Assembly: GCA_038060895.1 (NCBI GenBank)
Contig: JBBTCT010000006.1
Span: 7,403-71,402 of the forward strand
Source: Planctomycetota bacterium
GTDB lineage: Bacteria; Planctomycetota; MHYJ01; WSZJ01
DNA length: 64,000 bases
Direction: 5' to 3'
This document shows, one piece after another, positions 38,135 through 45,782 of this stretch. Position numbers and translations under genes: made by a program. Positions within the stretch are counted from its first letter, which is position 1. Each line of letters opens with the position of its first letter. The notes beneath the pieces were generated by a model. It was not told the origin of the DNA and ran no database searches. It worked only from the letters and a program-made list of their open reading frames with translations.

Positions 38135-39091
38135 CTATTCCGCAAATTTGAACGACTTCTCGTTCCCTTTCCACCACGCCTTCCAGGCGGCAGCGCCTTC
38201 GTTCGCCTGCCCCGTGAGCGCCTTCAGCGCGAAGTTGCATTCGTCGCGGATCTTCTCTTTCTCCTTCGAGTCGGCGCCGGAGCTCGCTGAATTCCTGCCC
38301 AGGAGCTCGATCAGGTACGGGATGTTCGAGCGCTCCCGGATGCGCCCCAGCGCGGGAATGCGGTACTCGGGGGCGCAGGTTTCGATTCCGTCCTTCAGCA
38401 ACGGGATCAGCGACGCATCCGCCTTGGCCGCGACGAATTTCCACGCATAGGGCGCCAGCGGCGCCTGCGGGTTGCGCTTCAGCCATCCGGCAAGCATCTC
38501 CTGTCCGAGTTTCTCATCGATTCCATGGGCTTCCTGGATGATGTGCTCGCGCACCTTGAGGCTTTTCCCGTCCATTCCGCGTGCCAGCGCCTGGAGTGCC
38601 CTCGGGTCCTTCAGGGCTGTGACCTTCTTCGCCAGGTCAAGCATCGCTTCCTTGTCCTGGCCGCCCAGCGAGGCCTCGAACCCGGCGCAGGCCACGGCGA
38701 CTTCCTTCCGGGCCTTGTCGTAGCGCCCCCGCGCCATGGCCAGCAACTCGGCCACTCTCGCGGCGTTTCCATCTCCCATGTCCGAAGCGGCCCAGCGCAG
38801 GAACTCCCTACCGAAGCTCGAGAGCACGACGATCCCGGTGCCTCCGCCGGCCCAGGCCGCGACGGAAGCGTCGCTCTCGGCCGCCTTCACGACGAGAAAC
38901 GAACCCAGCTCTTTCTTTACGGCGTCGTCGCCCAGGGACTTCTCGAGCGCGGCCGCGAGCGCGTCGGAACCGATGACGAGGATCGCAACCGGCTTGTCGG
39001 GGACCCTCGCTTTTTTGAGCGCTTCCTCGATCGCGGTCGGTTCACAGAATGCCGGCAGCGCCAGCAGCAGGAAACCGGTCCAACGCGCCAT
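38135..39091 (-). CDS. Exported thioredoxin-like (no redox motif) + HEAT-repeat protein
   Basis: Signal peptide; EEALKKAR..DKPVAILV and D.AVKKELGSFLVVK thioredoxin-like pattern; HEAT-like helices; ALKALTG...WKAWW C-terminus. Confidence 0.75.
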   Translation of the reverse strand: MARWTGFLLLALPAFCEPTAIEEALKKARVPDKPVAILVIGSDALAAALEKSLGDDAVKKELGSFLVVKAAESDASVAAWAGGGTGIVVLSSFGREFLRWAASDMGDGNAARVAELLAMARGRYDKARKEVAVACAGFEASLGGQDKEAMLDLAKKVTALKDPRALQALARGMDGKSLKVREHIIQEAHGIDEKLGQEMLAGWLKRNPQAPLAPYAWKFVAAKADASLIPLLKDGIETCAPEYRIPALGRIRERSNIPYLIELLGRNSASSGADSKEKEKIRDECNFALKALTGQANEGAAAWKAWWKGNEKSFKFAE

Positions 39092-39158
39092 GGGCCCCCC
39101 GGAATTCGAATCGGCAGGGAGTATACTTCCGCGACGGCGACTCATTGAGGGAGACGCG

Positions 39159-40499
39159 ATGAAGCGCATTCTGGCCCTGACGCTGGCCCTGTCCTCGCCT
39201 GCGTTCGCCGAGTGGTTCAAGACGATCGACGAAGCCGAAAAGGCCGCCGCGGAACGCAGAATTCCGCTCCTCGTCTACGTCTGGCGGACGGGCTGACCGG
39301 GCTCCACAGCCTGCGGCCCCGGGTACTGGGACGCCCCTGCGATGAAATCGGACACGACGCTGTTCGCGTGCGTGAAGATGGAGCTTGGGGAAGCGTTCGC
39401 GAAGAGGGCGCGATGGGTGTACAAGCCGACGCCCGACCTGAGGATCATCCATCCGTCCGGCGAGGTCCTGACGCACGTCGGCGCGGAACCCGCGAAGTTG
39501 ACCGCGGCCATCAAGGACGCCGCCGCCGGATGGAGGATGGACGTCCGCAATTCGACGGTGACTTTCGAGACCGACGCCTCGGCGCTGGGTTTTGCCCGCG
39601 CGCGCCAGCGCCCCGCCCTGTTTTTCTTCTACGACGAACAGGTCCTCCCCGCCGACCTCGCCTCGAAATTCCCGCTCCTCAAGGACCCCGCAGTAGGCGC
39701 TGCCGCCTCCCGATTCACGGCCATCGCCGTCCACAGGTCCGGCAAGGCGATGGTCGAAAAACTCGGCCCCGAGGGATACCCCTTCATCGTCGCGACCGAC
39801 GCCGACATGAAGCCGCTCCTGCGCTTCCCGGCCGCCGACGCCGACCCCGCGGCGCTGGCGAAGGAGCTCGATGAAGTCGCGGCAAACTTTGAGAAGACCG
39901 TCGCGGGCGAAGCGAAGAACGCGACCGCCAGAGATGCGGCCCTGTTCGGCGCTTCCCTGAAAGGAGATATCGAAGCCGACCGGCTCGATCCGCTCGAACG
40001 CCTGGTGGCCCGAAAGGCCGTCGAAGCGCTTCCCGGCCTCGCAAAAGGACTCACCGACAAGTCGAGGAAGCTGCGGGAACGGCTGATCGCCGTTCTGGAG
40101 GAACTTGACCCGAGAGCCGCCCTTCCCTATCTCCTCGCCTGGGTCGACAAGGAGCCGAACCCGCGCCTCCGCGACCTGGGCTGGGGGGCCATCGGCCGCG
40201 CGGTCAACGTCACGGGCGACGCCGCCGGCTACAAGGCGCTCACCCGCGGCATCCTCTCCGACCCCTACGATGTCGTGGTGGCCCGCATCGCCGGCCTGGG
40301 TTTCGTCAAGAAGGTGGAGGCCGTCGACGGCCTGCTCGCGATCGCCCCGAAGTTCCGGGCGGACGGGGCCGGCAAGGACCCGGCGGGCGATGCCGTGCGC
40401 GACTCGCTGGCGAAACTCACGGGCCAGTCGTTCGGAAAGGATTGGGCAAAGTGGAGCGACTGGTGGCGCGGCGCGCGCGAGGGATTCAGGTTTCCGTAG
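39159..40499 (+). CDS. Exported thioredoxin-fold + HEAT-repeat selenoprotein (UGA 39294-39296, UPGS motif), 446 aa
   Basis: GAGGGAG SD; signal peptide; EWFKTIDEAEKAAAERRIPLLVYVWRTG-U-PGS continues in frame into ORF 39342..40499; hairpin after the UGA. Confidence 0.8.
39313..39334 (+). promoter_or_regulatory. Putative bacterial SECIS element
   Basis: GCG..CCCGG-GTA-CTGGG.CGC hairpin; GU-starting loop 26 nt after the UGA. Confidence 0.55.
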
Positions 40500-40559
40500 T
40501 CGGCGGGAACGCGGCCAGATCGTCCCCGCGTCGTCCTCCGCAACTCCGGGCAAAATGAC

Positions 40560-40593
40560 AAAGGGCCCGGAAGCTCGCCGCTCCCGGGCCCTT
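40560..40593 (-). terminator. Terminator-like hairpin between convergent transcription units
   Basis: AAGGGCCCGGAAGC / GCTCCCGGGCCCTT stem with a short T run on the minus strand. Confidence 0.6.
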
Positions 40594-40811
40594 CGCGAAG
40601 GCAGGTTCTGACGGTCAGGCTTTCAAGGGCCTGCCCCGACCACTGAGGGCGTTTCGGCGGCGGCACCTGTCGCTCCCGCTTCATGAAACGGAACCGGTGT
40701 AGGCCGCCAACATGCCCCGCAAGGGAATCCAGCGCCGGTATCCCCTCGCTTCCCTCTGGTCTGGATCACCTCCCATCTGAAACGAGTTCCGGCCATCTCT
40801 CGCTCAGCGCG

Positions 40812-41387
40812 TCACGTTTGACACACCTCGCTTGCGGCCGTGAGCGACTTCCTCACGCGCCACTCTTCCGCCAGGATGGCCATGCGGCGGACATCGACGT
40901 AACGACCCCGGATCCAGCGGCCCTGCCTTGCGACTCCTTCGGTCCTGTATCCCGCGCGTTCGTAGACGCGGATGGCCCTTGGGTTGGTCTCGTAGACTTC
41001 AAGTTCCACGCGGTTCAGGTTCAGGCGATCGAACGCAATCTCCAACGTCAACTCCGTGGCTTCGCGGCCGAGCCCCTGGTTCCAGAATTCCTTCTCACCG
41101 ATCTGGATCCCGAAGACGGCCTTTCGGTTCTGGCCGGCCATGCCGTGGAGACCGACCGTGCCGATGGGGCGCCGCTCCGCGCGGTGCACCATGACAAGGA
41201 TCTGGTTCCCGGCATCTCCGGCCCGGCCCTCGATCCACTTTTTCTCTTCCTCGAGCGTGATGGGGACATCACGGCCGAGGTACTGCGAGACGTCGGGATC
41301 GTTGAACCAGCGGACGAAGATCTCGGCGTCCGCCATCGAGATCGGGCGAAGGTCAAGACGGTTTCCTCTGTGGTAGACGGGGTCCAC
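40812..41387 (-). CDS. GNAT N-acetyltransferase, RimJ/RimL family
   Basis: LDLRPI, GIQIGEKEFWNQGLG, NxRAIRVYERAGY; GGAGGAGG SD. Confidence 0.9.
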   Translation of the reverse strand: MDPVYHRGNRLDLRPISMADAEIFVRWFNDPDVSQYLGRDVPITLEEEKKWIEGRAGDAGNQILVMVHRAERRPIGTVGLHGMAGQNRKAVFGIQIGEKEFWNQGLGREATELTLEIAFDRLNLNRVELEVYETNPRAIRVYERAGYRTEGVARQGRWIRGRYVDVRRMAILAEEWRVRKSLTAASEVCQT

Positions 41388-41436
41388 GCATCACCTCCTC
41401 TCTGGGTCGGACGGGTTGACGGCATAACAAGGGACC

Positions 41437-41568
41437 ACCCTTCGACTCCCCGCCTTCGCCGCTTCGCGGCTTCGGCGGGTCGCTCAGGGTTTGTTTTGGG
41501 CCCGCGAAGCGGGCCCAAAACAAAACCGGCGATCCGTTGCGCCCGAGGGCGGTGGATCGCCGGTTTTG
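41437..41568. repeat. Cluster of three tandem palindromes including a REP-like element
   Basis: 41437-41490 ACCCTTCGAC...GTCGCTCAGGGT; 41491-41523 perfect 15-bp stem; 41521-41568 perfect 15-bp outer stem. Confidence 0.8.
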
Positions 41569-42020
41569 GTGATTTCGGCTGACCTAACCGCTTCGGACCC
41601 CCCACAGCACGACGCACGCGCCTTCGAAATGCCGGAAATTTGCCGGCTGCCCGGTTTCGTAACCGGGGGAGGCGGCCTTCGTCGTGCGGATGGAGTCTCG
41701 AAGCGATTTCATGGTTCTGTGTTGATAGCGCCTGGACGAAGAAGGTTCGTGGAAAAAGGGAGGAACTGGCGGGAATCACGGGTGAGGTTCGAGGCCGCGG
41801 CGCAACGCGTTGTGGCATCGTGAATTGCGACGACCATGGGCGTGTCTGCTTTGCCTACCCCCTACCTCCTACCCACTACCCCCTGCCCGCGGAATGCGGG
41901 TCAACCCGCCCAGGAAATCTCCGCCATTCCTCCCGGGACCCCCACGCCCCTTCCCTAAATCACGGTTCTCCAAAAGCTTGCGTTAAAGCAGAGAATCGAG
42001 AAGAATTATTGAAGAGGTTC

Positions 42021-42048
42021 TTGACTCGTGCGGAATTCATTGTATATT
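42021..42048 (+). promoter_or_regulatory. Sigma70-like promoter
   Basis: TTGACT-16 nt-TATATT in AT-rich DNA upstream of 42082. Confidence 0.6.
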
Positions 42049-42081
42049 ACTTCCAACTGAGTTGATTTAACGGAGACCAAG

Positions 42082-42651
42082 ATGATTCACGATGTAGGCG
42101 CGATCGCAAAGAAGTGCGGCCTGGGGAACATCCTTTCGGGCCGCCGGACGTCGCCCGGGGTCCGGGAAAAGCTCGAAGGCGAGTTCGCCGAGATCCGCAA
42201 GAGCGGGGTCGAGGTCCTCGATTTCTCCAAGATCGACATCGTCGACTTCTCCGCCGCCGACGAGATCGTCGCCAAGCTCGCCGGCCGCATGGAGCAGGGC
42301 GAGTACGGGGAAGGCACCATCCTCCTTTCCGGCTGCAACGACGCGGTCCGCGAGGGCCTCGAGGTCGCGCTCAAGCAGAAAGACCTCTGCCTCATGCACG
42401 TGGACGGGAAGAAAAAGTGGTCGCTCGTGGGCGAGCTGAACCCCTACCTGCGCGAAACCCTCGACCTGTGCATGCGCGACGGCACGCTCCTGGCCCGCGA
42501 CCTCGCCGCCGAGCTCAAGCTGAAACTCAACACCGCGAGCACGCGGCTCATCAATCTTTTCGCCAAGCACCTGGTATTGAGAAAGGAGGACCAGGAGAAC
42601 AAGATCGGGCGGGAGTACACCTACTGCTCTCCGCTGTCGGCCCTGCCGTAG
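42082..42651 (+). CDS. STAS-like (DUF4325-type) + winged-helix putative regulator
   Basis: LDFSKIDIVDFSAADEIVAKL STAS-like motif; ARDLAAELKLKLNTASTRLINL..LVLR wHTH; GGAG SD. Confidence 0.75.
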   Translation: MIHDVGAIAKKCGLGNILSGRRTSPGVREKLEGEFAEIRKSGVEVLDFSKIDIVDFSAADEIVAKLAGRMEQGEYGEGTILLSGCNDAVREGLEVALKQKDLCLMHVDGKKKWSLVGELNPYLRETLDLCMRDGTLLARDLAAELKLKLNTASTRLINLFAKHLVLRKEDQENKIGREYTYCSPLSALP

Positions 42652-42667
42652 CAGGGGCCTTTTTTTT
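42639..42667 (+). terminator. Rho-independent terminator
   Basis: GGCCCTGC-CGTA-GCAGGGGCC followed by T8. Confidence 0.85.
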
Positions 42668-42731
42668 CGGCCCTATCGTTCAAGTAACTTACACGAGATT
42701 TCAGAGTTAACAGACAAAAAGGAGAAGAAAC

Positions 42732-43154
42732 ATGCACTTCAACAAGATCATTATGATCGCCACCGTCACCCGCGACCCCGAGATCCGTTTCGCCGGCCCC
42801 TCCCAGGTCCCCGTCACCGACATCCGCGTGGCCTGCAACCGCACCTGGAAGTCGGAGAAGGGCGAGAAACGCGAGGAGGTGCTTTTCATCGACGTCGTCG
42901 CCTGGGCGCGGCAGGCCGAGACTGCCGTCCAGTACCTGAGGAAGGGCCGCCACATCTCCGTCGAGGGTCACCTCAAGATGGACGAGTGGACGGACAAGGA
43001 CGGGAAGAAGGTCCAGCGGATCAAGGTCATTTCCGAACGGCTCACGTTCCTGCCGCAGGGAAATGGCGGGCACAACGGTGCCCCGACCCCGGGCGAAGGC
43101 CATGAGGGTGGCGAGGCTTCCCACGCAGAAGAGGAGGCGCGCATCCCGGCCTAG
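42732..43154 (+). CDS. ssb: Single-stranded DNA-binding protein with atypical C-tail
   Basis: NKIIM..TRDPEIR, FIDVVAW.RQAE...YLRKGR.I.VEG.L; tail ends EEEARIPA rather than DDIPF. Confidence 0.9.
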   Translation: MHFNKIIMIATVTRDPEIRFAGPSQVPVTDIRVACNRTWKSEKGEKREEVLFIDVVAWARQAETAVQYLRKGRHISVEGHLKMDEWTDKDGKKVQRIKVISERLTFLPQGNGGHNGAPTPGEGHEGGEASHAEEEARIPA

Positions 43155-43445
43155 AGACGCCAGGGGAGCTCCGGAGGACGGTTCCACCTCCCGGGCGCCC
43201 CGACAGCTCTTCGACAAAACACCTCCGGGCAACGGTCGGCCCGGGCTTGCCCCCCGAGGGCGACCGCGTTCACGGCGCCGTGCGGGAAACCGCCTGATGC
43301 GTCGCAGTTCAAGAGACGTCGACAGTCCTCCGCCCGGAGGCATGACTCTCCGGCCCCGGGGAGCTCCGGTTCGCCGTGCGGGACGGCGGGCCGCCTCTCC
43401 GGGGCTCTTTCAACACCCGACACCCCGCAACTTGAAAGGAAAGCC

Positions 43446-43931
43446 ATGAGCCCCCACCCGACCGCGGTGTTACGTCCCGGCCTCTGGTCCGCCCCCGATT
43501 GCGACCTCCGCGTCCTTGCCAACGTTCCCCGCCCGCTCGCGTTCGCCGTCGTCGCCGCGTCGGTCGCACGGCAGCGCGAGGAACTCTCCGCCAACGTCCT
43601 CGCGGCCGGCGGCGCAGAGGACGACGCCGAAGCCGTGCTCGCTTCCATCCCCGACCTCACGCCGCTCGCGGTGCGGCTCCGCAACCCGAGCCCCGACCGC
43701 GTTCCTCACGGCCGCGTTCTCACCCGCCTGACGTGGTCGCTCCGCCGAGCCCGCATCTTCCTCGAGTCCTTCGCCCCTCCGACCCAGGCCGACGACCCCG
43801 TCCTCGAGGACCGCGCGTTCGACCTCCTCGTCAAGATCGTGTTCCTCCTCGACATCGTGGACGCCTGGCGCGATCCCGGAGCCGCCGCCATCGTCGTCGA
43901 AGCGGCCGAAGCCTCCAGAAAGACCGGGTAA
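43446..43931 (+). CDS. Hypothetical protein
   Basis: GAAAGGA SD, GC3-rich codons, ends 4 nt before the ERCC4 gene. Confidence 0.65.
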   Translation: MSPHPTAVLRPGLWSAPDCDLRVLANVPRPLAFAVVAASVARQREELSANVLAAGGAEDDAEAVLASIPDLTPLAVRLRNPSPDRVPHGRVLTRLTWSLRRARIFLESFAPPTQADDPVLEDRAFDLLVKIVFLLDIVDAWRDPGAAAIVVEAAEASRKTG

Positions 43932-43935
43932 CGCG

Positions 43936-44607
43936 ATGCTCACCATCGAGATCGACTGCCGGGAAGAGCCCTCCGGGATCCCGAGGTTGCTCGCGGAGCG
44001 CTTCCACGTCCCGGTCCGTGTGCGCACTCTTCCCGTGGGCGACTACATCCTGGGCGACATGGGAGTCGAGCGCAAGACCTCGCTCGACCTGGTGCGCTCG
44101 ATCGCCGACGGGCGCGCGTTCGACCAGGCACGAAGGCTCTCCGCGGCATTTCCCCGCGCAGCCCTCATCGTCGAGGGGCTCTTTCCGCCGCCGGCCTGCG
44201 ACGGGCGCGAAGAGTGGTACTTCGGCGGGCTCGCCCAGCTTTCGTGGTCGTTCGGGCTCAGGATCTTTCCGACCCGCTTTCCCCTCGACACCGCCATCCT
44301 GCTCCAGCGATTTGCGGAAGCAGAGCTGGATCGCGTGGGCGCTTCCACCGTGCGTGTCGACGACAAGCGATGGTGCAAGCCTCGCCACGCAACGGACCGG
44401 CGGCTCTTCCTCCTCCAGGGATTCTTCGGCGTAGGCCCCGAGCGGGCACGAAATCTCCTGCGCGCTTTCGGAAGCCTTCGGAGCGTCTTCTGCGCGCCGA
44501 TGGAAGCGTGGCGTGAGGTACCGGGCGTGGGGCCAAAGCTGGCAAGGCAGATGCACGATCTTCTGAACGACGAGCGGGGAGAGGAAGAGGCGCGGGATGC
44601 GGGGTGA
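43936..44607 (+). CDS. ERCC4/XPF-family nuclease with C-terminal (HhH)2
   Basis: IDCRE, LPVGDY, VERKT..DL..SIADGR.FDQ, LIVEG; GVGPERA and VPGVGPKLA HhH motifs. Confidence 0.9.
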   Translation: MLTIEIDCREEPSGIPRLLAERFHVPVRVRTLPVGDYILGDMGVERKTSLDLVRSIADGRAFDQARRLSAAFPRAALIVEGLFPPPACDGREEWYFGGLAQLSWSFGLRIFPTRFPLDTAILLQRFAEAELDRVGASTVRVDDKRWCKPRHATDRRLFLLQGFFGVGPERARNLLRAFGSLRSVFCAPMEAWREVPGVGPKLARQMHDLLNDERGEEEARDAG

Positions 44608-44620
44608 GGTTTTGGGTTTC

Positions 44621-44685
44621 GAGTTCCGGAAGTTGAGTTCCGGGATCCGGGTTCCGAGTTCCGTGTGGGGTTCGGAGTTGCGGGT
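44621..44685 (+). repeat. 65-bp heptamer-built arm (left)
   Basis: 60/65 identical to the reverse complement of 45678-45742. Confidence 0.9.
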
Positions 44686-44716
44686 CAGGAGTTTTCTTCA
44701 AAGAGAGGGGTGGAAC

Positions 44717-45079
44717 ATGGGAGCGGTCGTTGGCGTGGCGGGTTTGCGGTGGGCCACGGCGGAGCTGACGGATGCGGCAGGCGAGGTTTGCGCGGTTGCG
44801 GCCTCGGAGCTGGGTGACTGGGAGATTGAGAAGCTGCTGGCGCAGTCGATTCGGGTGGCGTCGTGTGTGGCGCTCGGAATCGATGCTTCGGGACCGGGGG
44901 AGGCAGAGGAGAGGCTTTCCGAGGCACGCTCTGCCGCGGCTGCGCTGGCCGCGCGGGTGCACATTGCTGTGAACCGCGGGACGATCGAGGAAGCCACCGG
45001 CTTGCAGGTGAGGACGAAGATCCGGGCGGTGGTGGACCAGATTGACATGGTCAGGTATCGGCGGCGGCGGGCTGCGTAG
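44717..45079 (+). CDS. Diverged four-helix-bundle (IVP/Avd-like) protein
   Basis: Aligns with the downstream gene: VALG/VAEG, L..ARSAA/L..AKGSA, AVNRGTI/AFNRGYI. Confidence 0.65.
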   Translation: MGAVVGVAGLRWATAELTDAAGEVCAVAASELGDWEIEKLLAQSIRVASCVALGIDASGPGEAEERLSEARSAAAALAARVHIAVNRGTIEEATGLQVRTKIRAVVDQIDMVRYRRRRAA

Positions 45080-45090
45080 TTGGGGGTTTT

Positions 45091-45200
45091 GAGTTCCGGA
45101 AGTTGAGTTCCGGGCTCCGGGTTCGGCCCGCCTTCGCCCTGCGGGCTTCGGCGGGTTTGGTTCCGGGTGGGGTTGGGAGTTCAGGGTCACGAGTTGCGGT
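45091..45200 (+). repeat. Second direct copy of the arm, interrupted by a REP-like hairpin (45127-45155)
   Basis: GAGTTCCGGAAGTTGAGTTCCGGG...[CCCGCCTTCGCCCTGCGGGCTTCGGCGGG]...GGTTCCGGGTGGGGTTGGGAGTT. Confidence 0.85.
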
Positions 45201-45231
45201 GAAACGGTCGGGCAACCAGGAGGAGGACTCA

Positions 45232-45777
45232 GTGGGCACTATTCGGCGGTATCAGGACCTGGTGGTCTGGCAGCGGGCGCGGGAGCTCGCGAAGTTCGTC
45301 AATCAACTCACGCTCCTGGAGACATGGCGCGGCGGCGCAAAGCTCAAAGACCAGATCCTCGACAGTTCCGCCTCTTCGCCTGCCAACGTCGCCGAAGGCT
45401 TCGAGCGGAACGGCAACGCCGAGTTCATCAACGCTCTCGGCTACGCCAAAGGGTCCGCGGGCGAAACGTCCGCCCATTTGTACACAGCCTTCAACCGCGG
45501 ATACATCGGCTCCGAGGATCTCGACCAGGGTGTCGCCCTCGCCGCCGAGGTCTGCAACCTCGCGGGAGGGCTCATGGTCTACCTCGAGCGCTCTGGCCTG
45601 CGGGGCCCGAAATTCCGCCACCGCGAAGGCTCTCCCCGCACACGTCCCCCTCGACCCCCCGACAACCCCCACCCAAAACCCGCAACTCCCAACCCCACAC
45701 GGAACCCGGAACCCGGAACTCTGAACTCAACTTCCGGAACTCCCAACGCCAAACCCCCAGACAACCGTCAACTCTGA
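45232..45777 (+). CDS. Four helix bundle protein (23S rRNA IVP family); C-tail reads into the repeat arm
   Basis: YQDLVVWQRA, LKDQI..S..S..ANVAEG, F...L.YAKGSAGE; GGAGGAGG SD before GTG 45232. Confidence 0.9.
   Translation: MGTIRRYQDLVVWQRARELAKFVNQLTLLETWRGGAKLKDQILDSSASSPANVAEGFERNGNAEFINALGYAKGSAGETSAHLYTAFNRGYIGSEDLDQGVALAAEVCNLAGGLMVYLERSGLRGPKFRHREGSPRTRPPRPPDNPHPKPATPNPTRNPEPGTLNSTSGTPNAKPPDNRQL
45678..45742 (-). repeat. 65-bp heptamer-built arm (right, inverted)
   Basis: Reverse complement of 44621-44685. Confidence 0.9.
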
Positions 45778-45782
45778 ACTCC

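Noticed and set aside
7644-39296. Genome-wide UGA reassignment (code 4 or 25) as the explanation for the in-frame TGAs
   Set aside because: Many genes here end at TGA, often in GTGA/ATGA overlaps. The three read-through TGAs sit at redox-type positions with hairpins, which fits selenocysteine.
40761-40773. 16S rRNA gene fragment
   Set aside because: The match is limited to 13 nt; flanks show no rRNA similarity.
41585-42065. Small ORFs in the long spacer upstream of 42082
   Set aside because: No coding-like codon bias or motifs; treated as non-coding.
44621-45742. IS element or CRISPR mini-array
   Set aside because: No transposase between the inverted arms, no target duplication recognised, and the arms are low-complexity heptamers.
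13357-45777. Diversity-generating retroelement (Avd-like genes, C-type-lectin-fold FGE domain, near-identical repeat pair)
   Set aside because: No reverse transcriptase in the window, no template repeat seen for the FGE 3' end, and the 429-bp repeat mismatches are not adenine-specific.
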